Below are positions 24,101-39,100 of a stretch of DNA of 64,000 nucleotides, one piece after another. Each line of letters begins with the position of its first letter. Within the stretch, counting starts at the first letter, position 1. The stretch is from positions 368,962,001 to 369,026,000 of the forward strand of contig OZ024742.1 in the NCBI GenBank assembly GCA_964016885.1, read 5' to 3'. Made by a program: the position numbers and the translations under genes. Source of the DNA: Eledone cirrhosa. Its lineage: Eukaryota. The notes below the pieces were generated by a model that had not been told where the DNA came from, did not search any database, and was given only the letters and a program-made list of their open reading frames with translations.

Positions 24101-27100
24101 CCTGGAGGAGAGGGACAGCAAGACAAAGCTGGTGTTTTGTATCTCACTAGTTAGTACTTAACACTGGAGGAGGGGGGACAGCAAGACAAAGCTGGTGTTT
24201 TGTATCTCACTAGTTAGTACTTAACCCTGGAGGAGGGGGGACAGCAACAGAGAAAGCTGGTTTTTGTATCTCACTAGTTAGTACTTAACCCTGGATGAGG
24301 GGGGACAGCAACAGACAAAGCTGGTGTTTTGTATCTCACTAGTTAGTACTTAACCCTGGAGGAGGGGGACAGCAACAAGCAAAGCTGGTCTTTTGTATCT
24401 CACTAGTTAGTACTTAACCCTGGAGGAGGGTGACAGCAACAGACAAAGCTGGTGCTTTGTATCTCACTAGTTAGTACTTAACCCTGGAGGAGAGGGGACA
24501 GCAAGACAAAGCTGGTGTTTTGTATCTCACTAGTTAGTACTTAACCCTGGGGGAGGGGGGACAGCAAGACAAAGCAGGTGTTTTGTATCTCACTAGTTAG
24601 TACTTAACCCTGGAGGGGGACAGTAACAGACAAAGCTGGTGTTTTGTATCTCACTAGTTAGTACTTAACCCTGGAGGAGGGGGACAGCAACAGACAAAGC
24701 TGGTGTTTTGTATCTCACTAGTTAGTACTTAACCCTGGAGGAGGGGGGACAGCAAGACAAAGCTGGTGTTTTGTATCTCACTAGTTAGTACTTAACCCTG
24801 GAGGAGGGGGGACAGCAAGACAAAGCAGGTGTTTTGTATCTCGCGAGTTAGTACTTAACCCTGGAGGGGGACAGCAACAGACAAAGCTGTTGTTTTGTAT
24901 CTCACGAGTTAGTACTTAACCCTGGAGGAGGGAGACAGCAATACAAAGCAGGTGTTTTGTATCTCACGAGTTAGTACTTAACCCTGGGGGAGGGGGGACA
25001 GCAAGACAAAGCTGGTGTTTTGTATCTCACGAGTTAGTACTTAACCCTGGAGGGGGACAGCAACAGACAAAGTTGGTGTCTGTATCTCACGAGTTAGTAC
25101 TTAACCCTGGAGGAGGGGGGACAGCAAGACAAAGCTGGTGTTTTGTATCTCACTAGTTAGTACTTAACCCTGGAGGAGGGGGGACAGCAAGACAAAGCTG
25201 GTGTTTTGTATCTCACTAGTTAGTACTTAACTCTGGAGGAGCGGGGACAGCAACAGACAAAGCTGGTGTTTTGTATCTCACTAGTTAGTACTTAACCCTG
25301 GAGGAGGGGGGACAGCAAGACAAAGCTGGTGTTTTGTATCTCACTAGTTAGTACTTAACCCTGGAGGAGGGGGTCAGCAACAGACAAAGCTGGTCTTTTG
25401 TATCTCACTAGTTAGTACTTAACACTGGAGGAGGGGGGACAGCAAGACAAAGCTGGTGTTTTGTATCTCACTAGTTAGTACTTAACACTGGAGGAGGGGG
25501 GACAGCAACAGAGAAAGCTGGTTTTTGTATCTCACTAGTTAGTACTTAACCCTGGATGAGGGGGGACAGCAACAGACAAAGCTGGTGTTTTGTATCTCAC
25601 TAGTTAGTACTTAACACTGGAGGAGGGGGACGGCAAGACAAAGCTGGTGTTTTGTATCTCACCAGTTAGTACTTAACCCTGGAGGAGGGGGGACAGCAAC
25701 AGACAAAGCTGGTGTTTTGTATCTCACTAGTTAGTACTTAACCCTGGAGGAGGGGGAAAGCAAGAAATAGCTGGTGTTTTGTATCTCACTAGTTAGTACT
25801 TAACACTGGAGGAGGGGGGAAAGCAAGAAATAGCTGGTGTTTTGTATCTCACTAGTTAGTACTTAACACTGGAGGAGGGGGACAGCAACAGACAAAGCTG
25901 GTGTTTTGTATCTCACTAGTTAGTACTTAACCCTGGAGGAGGGGGGACAGCAAGACAAAGCTGGTGTTTTGTATCTCACTAGTTAGTACTTAACCCTGGA
26001 GGAGGGGGGACAGCAAGACAAAGCTGGTGTTTTGTATCTCACTAGTTAGTACTTAACTCTGGAGGAGCGGGGACAGCAACAGACAAAGCTGGTGTTTTGT
26101 ATCTCACTAGTTAGTACTTAACCCTGGAGGAGGGGGGACAGCAAGACAAAGCTGGTGTTTTGTATCTCACTAGTTAGTACTTAACCCTGGAGGAGGGGGT
26201 ACAGCAAGACAAAGCTGGTGTTTTGTATCTCACTAGTTAGTACTTAACACTGGAGGAGGGGGGACAGCAACAGACAAAGCTGGTGTTTTGTATCTCACTA
26301 GTTAGTACTTAACACTGGACGAGGGGGGAAAGCAAGAAATAGACAAAGCTGGTGTTTTGTATCTCACTAGTTAGTACTTAACCCTGGAGGAGGGGGGACA
26401 GCAAGACAAAGCTGGTGTTTTGTATCTCACTAGTTAATACTTGACCCTGGAGGAGAGGGACAGCAACAGACAAAGCTGGTGTTTTGTATCTCACTAGTTA
26501 GTACTTAACCCTGGAGGAGAGGGACAGCAAGACAAAGCTGGTGTTTTGTATCTCACTAGTTAGTACTTAACACTGGAGGAGGGGGGACAGCAAGACAAAG
26601 CTGGTGTTTTGTATCTCACTAGTTAGTACTTAACCCTGGAGGAGGGGGGACAGCAACAGAGAAAGCTGGTTTTTGTATCTCACTAGTTAGTACTTAACCC
26701 TGGATGAGGGGGGACAGCAACAGACAAAGCTGGTGTTTTGTATCTCACTAGTTAGTACTTAACCCTGGAGGAGGGGGACAGCAACAAACAAAGCTGGTCT
26801 TTTGTATCTCACTAGTTAGTACTTAACCCTGGAGGAGGGTGACAGCAACAGACAAAGCTGGTGCTTTGTATCTCACTAGTTAGTACTTAACCCTGGAGGA
26901 GAGGGGACAGCAAGACAAAGCTGGTGTTTTGTATCTCACTAGTTAGTACTTAACCCTGGGGGAGGGGGGACAGCAAGACAAAGCAGGTGTTTTGTATCTC
27001 ACTAGTTAGTACTTAACCCTGGAGGGGGACAGTAACAGACAAAGCTGGTGTTTTGTATCTCACTAGTTAGTACTTAACCCTGGAGGAGGGGGACAGCAAC

Positions 27101-30100
27101 AGACAAAGCTGGTGTTTTGTATCTCACTAGTTAGTACTTAACCCTGGAGGAGGGGGGACAGCAAGACAAAGCTGGTGTTTTGTATCTCACTAGTTAGTAC
27201 TTAACCCTGGAGGAGGGGGGACAGCAAGACAAAGCAGGTGTTTTGTATCTCGCTAGTTAGTACTTAACCCTGGAGGGGGACAGCAACAGACAAAGCTGTT
27301 GTTTTGTATCTCACGAGTTAGTACTTAACCCTGGAGGAGGGAGACAGCAATACAAAGCAGGTGTTTTGTATCTCACGAGTTAGTACTTAACCCTGGGGGA
27401 GGGGGGACAGCAAGACAAAGCTGGTGTTTTGTATCTCACGAGTTAGTACTTAACCCTGGAGGGGGACAGCAACAGACAAAGTTGGTGTCTGTATCTCACG
27501 AGTTAGTACTTAACCCTGGAGGAGGGGGGACAGCAAGACAAAGCAGGTGTTTTATATCTCACGAGTTAGTACTTAACCCTGGAGGAGGAGAACAGCAAGA
27601 CAAAGCTGGTGTTTTGTATCTCACTAGTTAGTACTTAACCCTGGAGGGGGACAGCAACAGACAAAGCTGGTGTTTTGTATCTCACTAGTTAGTACTTAAC
27701 CCTGGAGGAGGGGGGACAGCAAGACAAAGCTGGTGTTTTGTATCTCACTAGTTAGTACTTAACCCTGGAGGAGGGGGGACAGCAACAGACAAAGCTGGTG
27801 TTTTGTATCTCACTAGTTAGTACTTAACCCTGGAGGAGGGGGGGACAGCAACAGACAAAGCTGGTGTTTTGTATCTCACTAGTTAGTACTTAACCCTGGA
27901 GGAGGGGGGGACAGCAACAGACAAAGCTGGTGTTTTGTATCTCACTAGTTAGTACTTAAACCTGGAGGAGGGGGACAGCAACAGACAAAGCTGGTGTTTT
28001 GTATCTCACTAGTTAGTACTTAACCCTGGAGGAAGGGGACAGCAAGACAAAGCTGGTGTTTTGTATCTCACTAGTTAGTACTTAACCCTGGAGGAGGGGG
28101 GACAGCAAGACAAAGCTGGTGTTTTGTATCTCACTAGTTAGTACTTAACCCTGGAGGAGCGGGGACAGCAACAGACAAAGCTGGTGTTTTGTATCTCACT
28201 AGTTAGTACTTAACCCTGGAGGAGCGGGGACAGCAACAGACAAAGCTGGTGTTTTGTATCTCACTAGTTAGTACTTAACCCTGGAGGAGCGGGGACAGCA
28301 ACAGACAAAGCTGGTGTTTTGTATGTCACTAGTTAGTACTTAACCCTGGAGGAGGGGGGACAGCAATAGACAAAGCTGGTGTTTTGTATCTCACTAGTTA
28401 GTACTTAACCCTGGAGGGGGACAGCAACAGACAAAGCTGGTGTTTTGTATCTCACTAGTTAGTACTTAAACCTGGAGGAGCAGGGACAGCAACAGACAAA
28501 GCTGGTGTTTTGTATCTCACTAGTTAGTACTTAACCCTGGAGGAGCGGGGACAGCAACAGACAAAGCTGGTGTTTTGTATGTCACTAGTTAGTACTTAAC
28601 CCTGGAGGAGGGGGGACAGCAATAGATAAAGCTGGTGTTTTGTATCTCACTAGTTAGTACTTAACCCTGGAGGGGGACAGCAACAGACAAAGCTGGTGTT
28701 TTGTATCTCACTAGTTAGTACTTAACCCTGGAGGAGGGGGGACAGCAAGACAAAGCAGGTGTTTTGTATCTCACGAGTTAGTACTTAACCCTGGAGGGGG
28801 ACAGCAACAGACAAAGTTGGTGTTTGTATCTCACGAGTTAGTACTTAACCCTGGAGGAGGGGGGACAGCAAGACAAAGCAGGTGTTTTATATCTCACGAG
28901 TTAGTACTTAACCCTGGAGGAGGGGGACAGCAAGACAAAGCTGGTGTTTTGTATCTCACTAGTTAGTACTTAACCCTGGAGGAGGGGGGACAGCAACAGA
29001 CAAAGCTGGTGTTTTGTATCTCACTAGTTAGTACTTAACCCTGGAGGAGGGGGGGACAGCAACAGACAAAGCTGGTGTTTTGTATCTCACTAGTTAGTAC
29101 TTAAACCTGGAGGAGGGGAACAGCAACAGACAAAGCTGGTGTTTTGTATCTCACTAGTTAGTACTTAACCCTGGAGGAAGGGGACAGCAAGACAAAGCTG
29201 GTGTTTTGTATCTCACTAGTTAGTACTTAACCCTGGAGGAGGGGGGACAGCAAGACAAAGCTGGTGTTTTGTATCTCACTAGTTAGTACTTAACCCTGGA
29301 GGAGCGGGGACAGCAACAGACAAAGCTGGTGTTTTGTATCTCACTAGTTAGTACTTAACCCTGGAAGGGGACAGCAACAGACAAAGCTGGTGTTTTGTAT
29401 CTCACTAGTTAGTACTTAAACCTGGAGGAGCAGGGACAGCAACAGACAAAGCTGGTGTTTTGTATCTCACTAGTTAGTACTTAACTCTGGAGGAGCGGGG
29501 ACAGCAACAGACAAAGCTGGTGTTTTGTATGTCACTAGTTAGTACTTAACCCTGGAGGAGGGGGGACAGCAATAGACAAAGCTGGTGTTTTGTATCTCAC
29601 TAGTTAGTACTTAACCCTGGAGGGGGACAGCAACAGACAAAGCTGGTGTTTTGTATCTCACTAGTTAGTACTTAACCCTGGAGGAGGGGGGACAGCAAGA
29701 CAAAGCAGGTGTTTTGTATCTCACGAGTTAGTACTTAACCCTGGAGGGGGACAGCAACAGACAAAGTTGGTGTTTGTATCTCACAAGTTAGTACTTAACC
29801 CTGGAGGAGGGGGGACAGCAAGACAAAGCAGGTGTTTTATATCTCACGAGTTAGTACTTAACCCTGGAGGAGGGTGACAGCAACAGACAAAGCTGGTGCT
29901 TTGTATCTCACTAGTTAGTACTTAACCCTGGAGGAGAGGGGACAGCAAGACAAAGCTGGTGTTTTGTATGTCACTAGTTAGTACTTAACCCTGGAGGAGG
30001 GGGGACAGCAACAGACAAAGCTGGTCTTTTGTATCTCACTAGTTAGTACTTAACCCTGGAGGAGGGTGACAGCAACAGACAAAGCTGGTGCTTTGTATCT

Positions 30101-33100
30101 CACTAGTTAGTACTTAACCCTGGAGGAGAGGGGACAGCAAGACAAAGCTGGTGTTTTGTATCTCACTAGTTAGTACTTAACCCTGGAGGAGGGGGGACAG
30201 CAAGACAAAGCAGGTGTTTTGTATCTCACTAGTTAGTACTTAACCCTGGAGGGGGACAGTAACAGACAAAGCTGGTGTTTTGTATCTCACTAGTTAGTAC
30301 TTAACCCTGGAGGAGGGGGACAGCAACAGACAAAGCTGGTGTTTTGTATCTCACTAGTTAGTACTTAACCCTGGAGGAGGGGGGACAGCAAGACAAAGCT
30401 GGTGTTTTGTATCTCACTAGTTAGTACTTAACCCTGGGGGAGGGGGGACAGCAAGACAAAGCAGGTGTTTTGTATCTCGCTAGTTAGTACTTAACCCTGG
30501 AGGGGGACAGCAACAGACAAGGCTGTTGTTTTGTATCTCACGAGTTAGTACTTAACCCTGGAGGAGGGGGACAGCAATACAAAGCAGGTGTTTTGTATCT
30601 CACGAGTTAGTACTTAACCCTGGGGGAGGGGGGACAGCAAGACAAAGCTGGTGTTTTGTATCTCACGAGTTAGTACTTAACCCTGGAGGAGGCCAGCAAG
30701 ACAAAGCAGGTGTTTTATATCTCACGAGTTAGTACTTAACCCTGGAGGAGGGGGACAGCAACACAAAGCTGGTGTTTTGTATCTCACTAGTTAGTACTTA
30801 ACCCTGGAGGGGGACAGCAACAGACAAAGCTGGTGTTTTGTATCTCACTAGTTAGTACTTAACACTGGAGGAGGGGGGACAGCAAGACAAAGCTGGTGTT
30901 TTGTATCTCACTAGTTAGTACTTAACCCTGGAGGAGGGGGGACAGCAACAGACAAAGCTGGTGTTTTGTATCTCACTAGTTAGTACTTAACCCTGGAGGA
31001 GGGGGGGACAGCAACAGACAAAGCTGGTGTTTTGTATCTCACTAGTTAGTACTTAACCCTGGAGGAGGGGGGACAGCAACAGACAAAGCTGGTGTTTTGT
31101 ATCTCACTAGTTAGTACTTAAACCTGGAGGAGGGGGACAGCAACAGACAAAGCTGGTGTTTTGTATCTCACTAGTTAGTACTTAACCCTGGAGGAAGGGG
31201 ACAGCAAGACAAAGCTGGTGTTTTGTATCTCACTAGTTAGTACTTAACCCTGGAGGAGGGGGGACAGCAAGACAAAGCTGGTGTTTTGTATCTCACTAGT
31301 TAGTACTTAACCCTGGAGGAGCGGGGACAGCAACAGACAAAGCTGGTGTTTTGTATCTCACTAGTTAGTACTTAACCCTGGAGGAGCGGGGACAGCAACA
31401 GACAAAGCTGGTGTTTTGTATCTCACTAGTTAGTACTTAACCCTGGAGGAGCGGGGACAGCAACAGACAAAGCTGGTGTTTTGTATGTCACTAGTTAGTA
31501 CTTAACCCTGGAGGAGGGGGGACAGCAATAGACAAAGCTGGTGTTTTGTATCTCACTAGTTAGTACTTAACCCTGGAGGGGGACAGCAACAGACAAAGCT
31601 GGTGTTTTGTATCTCACTAGTTAGTACTTAAACCTGGAGGAGCAGGGACAGCAACAGACAAAGCTGGTGTTTTGTATCTCACTAGTTAGTACTTAACCCT
31701 GGAGGAGCGGGGACAGCAACAGACAAAGCTGGTGTTTTGTATGTCACTAGTTAGTACTTAACCCTGGAGGAGGGGGGACAGCAATAGATAAAGCTGGTGT
31801 TTTGTATCTCACTAGTTAGTACTTAACCCTGGAGGGGGACAGCAACAGACAAAGCTGGTGTTTTGTATCTCACTAGTTAGTACTTAACCCTGGAGGAGGG
31901 GGGACAGCAAGACAAAGCAGGTGTTTTGTATCTCACGAGTTAGTACTTAACCCTGGAGGGGGACAGCAACAGACAAAGTTGGTGTTTGTATCTCACGAGT
32001 TAGTACTTAACCCTGGAGGAGGGGGGACAGCAAGACAAAGCTGGTGTTTTGTATCTCACGAGTTAGTACTTAACCCTGGAGGGGGACAGCAACAGACAAA
32101 GCAGGTGTTTTATATCTCACGAGTTAGTACTTAACCCTGGAGGAGGGGGACAGCAAGACAAAGCTGGTGTTTTGTATCTCACTAGTTAGTACTTAACCCT
32201 GGAGGGGGACAGCAACAGACAAAGCTGGTGTTTTGTATCTCACTAGTTAGTACTTAACCCTGGAGGAGGGGGGACAGCAAGACAAAGCTGGTGTTTTGTA
32301 TCTCACTAGTTAGTACTTAACACTGGAGGAGGGGGGACAGCAACAGACAAAGCTGGTGTTTTGTATCTCACTAGTTAGTACTTAACCCTGGAGGAGGGGG
32401 GACAGCAACAGACAAAGCTGGTGTTTTGTATCTCACTAGTTAGTACTTAACCCTGGAGGAGGGGGGACAGCAACAGACAAAGCTGGTGTTTTGTATCTCA
32501 CTAGTTAGTACTTAAACCTGGAGGAGGGGAACAGCAACAGACAAAGCTGGTGTTTTGTATCTCACTAGTTAGTACTTAACCCTGGAGGAAGGGGACAGCA
32601 AGACAAAGCTGGTGTTTTGTATCTCACTAGTTAGTACTTAACCCTGGAGGAGGGGGGACAGCAAGACAAAGCTGGTGTTTTGTATCTCACTAGTTAGTAC
32701 TTAACCCTGGAGGAGCGGGGACAGCAACAGACAAAGCTGGTGTTTTGTATCTCACTAGTTAGTACTTAACCCTGGAAGGGGACAGCAACAGACAAAGCTG
32801 GTGTTTTGTATCTCACTAGTTAGTACTTAAACCTGGAGGAGCAGGGACAGCAACAGACAAAGCTGGTGTTTTGTATCTCACTAGTTAGTACTTAACTCTG
32901 GAGGAGCGGGGACAGCAACAGACAAAGCTGGTGTTTTGTATCTCACTAGTTAGTACTTAACCCTGGAGGAGGGGGGACAGCAAGACAAAGCAGGTGTTTT
33001 GTATCTCACGAGTTAGTACTTAACCCTGGAGGGGGACAGCAACAGACAAAGTTGGTGTTTGTATCTCACGAGTTAGTACTTAACCCTGGAGGAGGGGGGA

Positions 33101-36100
33101 CAGCAAGACAAAGCAGGTGTTTTATATCTCACGAGTTAGTACTTAACCCTGGAGGAGGGGGACAGCAAGACAAAGCTGGTGTTTTGTATCTCACTAGTTA
33201 GTACTTAACCCTGGAGGGGGACAGCAACAGACAAAGCTGGTGTTTTGTATCTCACTAGTTAGTACTTAACCCTGGAGGAGGGGGACAGCAACAGACAAAG
33301 CTGGTGTTTTGTATCTCACTAGTTAGTACTTAACCCTGGAGGAAGGGGACAGCAAGACAAAGCTGGTGTTTTGTATCTCACTAGTTAGTACTTAACCCTG
33401 GAGGAGGGGGGACAGCAAGACAAAGCTGGTGTTTTGTATCTCACTAGTTAGTACTTAACCCTGGAGGAGGGGGGACAGCAAGACAAAGCTGGTGTTTTGT
33501 ATCTCACTAGTTAGTACTTAACCCTGGAGGAGGGGGGACAGCAACAGACAAAGCTGGTGTTTTGTATCTCACTAGTTAGTACTTAAACCTGGAGGAGGGG
33601 GACAGCAACAGACAAAGCTGGTGTTTTGTATCTCACTAGTTAGTACTTAACCCTGGAGGAAGGGGACAGCAAGACAAAGCTGGTGTTTTGTATCTCACTA
33701 GTTAGTACTTAACCCTGGAGGAGGGGGGACAGCAAGACAAAGCTGGTGTTTTGTATCTCACTAGTTAGTACTTAACCCTGGAGGAGCGGGGACAGCAACA
33801 GACAAAGCTGGTGTTTTGTATCTCACTAGTTAGTACTTAACCCTGGAGGAGCGGGGACAGCAACAGACAAAGCTGGTGTTTTGTATCTCACTAGTTAGTA
33901 CTTAACCCTGGAGGAGCGGGGACAGCAACAGACAAAGCTGGTGTTTTGTATGTCACTAGTTAGTACTTAACCCTGGAGGAGGGGGGACAGCAATAGACAA
34001 AGCTGGTGTTTTGTATCTCACTAGTTAGTACTTAACCCTGGAGGGGGACAGCAACAGACAAAGCTGGTGTTTTGTATCTCACTAGTTAGTACTTAAACCT
34101 GGAGGAGCAGGGACAGCAACAGACAAAGCTGGTGTTTTGTATCTCACTAGTTAGTACTTAACCCTGGAGGAGCGGGGACAGCAACAGACAAAGCTGGTGT
34201 TTTGTATGTCACTAGTTAGTACTTAACCCTGGAGGAGGGGGGACAGCAATAGATAAAGCTGGTGTTTTGTATCTCACTAGTTAGTACTTAACCCTGGAGG
34301 GGGACAGCAACAGACAAAGCTGGTGTTTTGTATCTCACTAGTTAGTACTTAACCCTGGAGGAGGGGGGACAGCAAGACAAAGCAGGTGTTTTGTATCTCA
34401 CGAGTTAGTACTTAACCCTGGAGGGGGACAGCAACAGACAAAGTTGGTGTTTGTATCTCACGAGTTAGTACTTAACCCTGGAGGAGGGGGGACAGCAAGA
34501 CAAAGCAGGTGTTTTATATCTCACGAGTTAGTACTTAACCCTGGAGGAGGGGGACAGCAAGACAAAGCTGGTGTTTTGTATCTCACTAGTTAGTACTTAA
34601 CCCTGGAGGGGGACAGCAACAGACAAAGCTGGTGTTTTGTATCTCACTAGTTAGTACTTAACCCTGGAGGAGGGGGGACAGCAAGACAAAGCTGGTGTTT
34701 TGTATCTCACTAGTTAGTACTTAACACTGGAGGAGGGGGGACAGCAACAGACAAAGCTGGTGTTTTGTATCTCACTAGTTAGTACTTAACCCTGGATGAG
34801 GGGGGACAGCAACAGACAAAGCTGGTGTTTTGTATCTCACTAGTTAGTACTTAACCCTGGAGGAGGGGGGACAGCAACAGACAAAGCTGGTGTTTTGTAT
34901 CTCACTAGTTAGTACTTAAACCTGGAGGAGGGGAACAGCAACAGACAAAGCTGGTGTTTTGTATCTCACTAGTTAGTACTTAACCCTGGAGGAAGGGGAC
35001 AGCAAGACAAAGCTGGTGTTTTGTATCTCACTAGTTAGTACTTAACCCTGGAGGAGGGGGGACAGCAAGACAAAGCTGGTGTTTTGTATCTCACTAGTTA
35101 GTACTTAACCCTGGAGGAGCGGGGACAGCAACAGACAAAGCTGGTGTTTTGTATCTCACTAGTTAGTACTTAACCCTGGAAGGGGACAGCAACAGACAAA
35201 GCTGGTGTTTTGTATCTCACTAGTTAGTACTTAAACCTGGAGGAGCAGGGACAGCAACAGACAAAGCTGGTGTTTTGTATCTCACTAGTTAGTACTTAAC
35301 TCTGGAGGAGCGGGGACAGCAACAGACAAAGCTGGTCTTTTGTATGTCACTAGTTAGTACTTAACCCTGGAGGAGGGGGGACAGCAATAGACAAAGCTGG
35401 TGTTTTGTATCTCACTAGTTAGTACTTAACCCTGGAGGGGGACAGCAACAGACAAAGCTGGTGTTTTGTATCTCACTAGTTAGTACTTAACCCTGGAGGA
35501 GGGGGGACAGCAAGACAAAGCAGGTGTTTTGTATCTCACGAGTTAGTACTTAACCCTGGAGGGGGACAGCAACAGACAAAGTTGGTGTTTGTATCTCACG
35601 AGTTAGTACTTAACCCTGGAGGAGGGGGGACAGCAAGACAAAGCAGGTGTTTTATATCTCACGAGTTAGTACTTAACCCTGGAGGAGGGGGACAGCAAGA
35701 CAAAGCTGGTGTTTTGTATCTCACTAGTTAGTACTTAACCCTGGAGGGGGACAGCAACAGACAAAGCTGGTGTTTTGTATCTCACTAGTTAGTACTTAAC
35801 CCTGGAGGAGGGGGACAGCAACAGACAAAGCTGGTGTTTTGTATCTCACTAGTTAGTACTTAACCCTGGAGGAGCGGGGACAGCAACAGACAAAGCTGGT
35901 GTTTTGTATGTCACTAGTTAGTACTTAACCCTGGAGGAGGGGGGACAGCAATAGATAAAGCTGGTGTTTTGTATCTCACTAGTTAGTACTTAACCCTGGA
36001 GGGGGACAGCAACAGACAAAGCTGGTGTTTTGTATCTCACTAGTTAGTACTTAACCCTGGAGGAGGGGGGACAGCAAGACAAAGCAGGTGTTTTGTATCT

Positions 36101-39100
36101 CACGAGTTAGTACTTAACCCTGGAGGGGGACAGCAACAGACAAAGTTGGTGTTTGTATCTCACGAGTTAGTACTTAACCCTGGAGGAGGGGGGACAGCAA
36201 GACAAAGCTGGTGTTTTGTATCTCACGAGTTAGTACTTAACCCTGGAGGGGGACAGCAACAGACAAAGCAGGTGTTTTATATCTCACGAGTTAGTACTTA
36301 ACCCTGGAGGAGGGGGACAGCAAGACAAAGCTGGTGTTTTGTATCTCACTAGTTAGTACTTAACCCTGGAGGGGGACAGCAACAGACAAAGCTGGTGTTT
36401 TGTATCTCACTAGTTAGTACTTAACCCTGGAGGAGGGGGGACAGCAAGACAAAGCTGGTGTTTTGTATCTCACTAGTTAGTACTTAACACTGGAGGAGGG
36501 GGGACAGCAACAGACAAAGCTGGTGTTTTGTATCTCACTAGTTAGTACTTAACCCTGGAGGAGGGGGGACAGCAACAGACAAAGCTGGTGTTTTGTATCT
36601 CACTAGTTAGTACTTAACCCTGGAGGAGGGGGGACAGCAACAGACAAAGCTGGTGTTTTGTATCTCACTAGTTAGTACTTAAACCTGGAGGAGGGGAACA
36701 GCAACAGACAAAGCTGGTGTTTTGTATCTCACTAGTTAGTACTTAACCCTGGAGGAAGGGGACAGCAAGACAAAGCTGGTGTTTTGTATCTCACTAGTTA
36801 GTACTTAACCCTGGAGGAGGGGGGACAGCAAGACAAAGCTGGTGTTTTGTATCTCACTAGTTAGTACTTAACCCTGGAGGAGCGGGGACAGCAACAGACA
36901 AAGCTGGTGTTTTGTATCTCACTAGTTAGTACTTAACCCTGGAAGGGGACAGCAACAGACAAAGCTGGTGTTTTGTATCTCACTAGTTAGTACTTAAACC
37001 TGGAGGAGCAGGGACAGCAACAGACAAAGCTGGTGTTTTGTATCTCACTAGTTAGTACTTAACTCTGGAGGAGCGGGGACAGCAACAGACAAAGCTGGTG
37101 TTTTGTATGTCACTAGTTAGTACTTAACCCTGGAGGAGGGGGGACAGCAATAGACAAAGCTGGTGTTTTGTATCTCACTAGTTAGTACTTAACCCTGGAG
37201 GGGGACAGCAACAGACAAAGCTGGTGTTTTGTATCTCACTAGTTAGTACTTAACCCTGGAGGAGGGGGGACAGCAAGACAAAGCAGGTGTTTTGTATCTC
37301 ACGAGTTAGTACTTAACCCTGGAGGGGGACAGCAACAGACAAAGTTGGTGTTTGTATCTCACGAGTTAGTACTTAACCCTGGAGGAGGGGGGACAGCAAG
37401 ACAAAGCAGGTGTTTTATATCTCACGAGTTAGTACTTAACCCTGGAGGAGGGGGACAGCAAGACAAAGCTGGTGTTTTGTATCTCACTAGTTAGTACTTA
37501 ACCCTGGAGGGGGACAGCAACAGACAAAGCTGGTGTTTTGTATCTCACTAGTTAGTACTTAACCCTGGAGGAAGGGGACAGCAAGACAAAGCTGGTGTTT
37601 TGTATCTCACTAGTTAGTACTTAACCCTGGAGGAGGGGGGACAGCAAGACAAAGCTGGTGTTTTGTATCTCACTAGTTAGTACTTAACCCTGGAGGAGCG
37701 GGGACAGCAACAGACAAAGCTGGTGTTTTGTATCTCACTAGTTAGTACTTAACCCTGGAGGAGCGGGGACAGCAACAGACAAAGCTGGTGTTTTGTATCT
37801 CACTAGTTAGTACTTAACCCTGGAGGAGCGGGGACAGCAACAGACAAAGCTGGTGTTTTGTATGTCACTAGTTAGTACTTAACCCTGGAGGAGGGGGGAC
37901 AGCAATAGACAAAGCTGGTGTTTTGTATCTCACTAGTTAGTACTTAACCCTGGAGGGGGACAGCAACAGACAAAGCTGGTGTTTTGTATCTCACTAGTTA
38001 GTACTTAAACCTGGAGGAGCAGGGACAGCAACAGACAAAGCTGGTGTTTTGTATCTCACTAGTTAGTACTTAACCCTGGAGGAGCGGGGACAGCAACAGA
38101 CAAAGCTGGTGTTTTGTATGTCACTAGTTAGTACTTAACCCTGGAGGAGGGGGGACAGCAATAGATAAAGCTGGTGTTTTGTATCTCACTAGTTAGTACT
38201 TAACCCTGGAGGGGGACAGCAACAGACAAAGCTGGTGTTTTGTATCTCACTAGTTAGTACTTAACCCTGGAGGAGGGGGGACAGCAAGACAAAGCAGGTG
38301 TTTTGTATCTCACGAGTTAGTACTTAACCCTGGAGGGGGACAGCAACAGACAAAGTTGGTGTTTGTATCTCACGAGTTAGTACTTAACCCTGGAGGAGGG
38401 GGGACAGCAAGACAAAGCAGGTGTTTTATATCTCACGAGTTAGTACTTAACCCTGGAGGAGGGGGACAGCAAGACAAAGCTGGTGTTTTGTATCTCACTA
38501 GTTAGTACTTAACCCTGGAGGGGGACAGCAACAGACAAAGCTGGTGTTTTGTATCTCACTAGTTAGTACTTAACCCTGGAGGAGGGGGGACAGCAAGACA
38601 AAGCTGGTGTTTTGTATCTCACTAGTTAGTACTTAACACTGGAGGAGGGGGGACAGCAACAGACAAAGCTGGTGTTTTGTATCTCACTAGTTAGTACTTA
38701 ACCCTGGATGAGGGGGGACAGCAACAGACAAAGCTGGTGTTTTGTATCTCACTAGTTAGTACTTAACCCTGGAAGGGGACAGCAACAGACAGAGCTGGTG
38801 TTTTGTATCTCACTAGTTAGTACTTAAACCTGGAGGAGCAGGGACAGCAACAGACAAAGCTGGTGTTTTGTATCTCACTAGTTAGTACTTAACTCTGGAG
38901 GAGCGGGGACAGCAACAGACAAAGCTGGTGTTTTGTATCTCACTAGTTAGTACTTAAACCTGGAGGAGGGGAACAGCAACAGACAAAGCTGGTGTTTTGT
39001 ATCTCACTAGTTAGTACTTAACCCTGGAGGAAGGGGACAGCAAGACAAAGCTGGTGTTTTGTATCTCACTAGTTAGTACTTAACCCTGGAGGAGGGGGGA

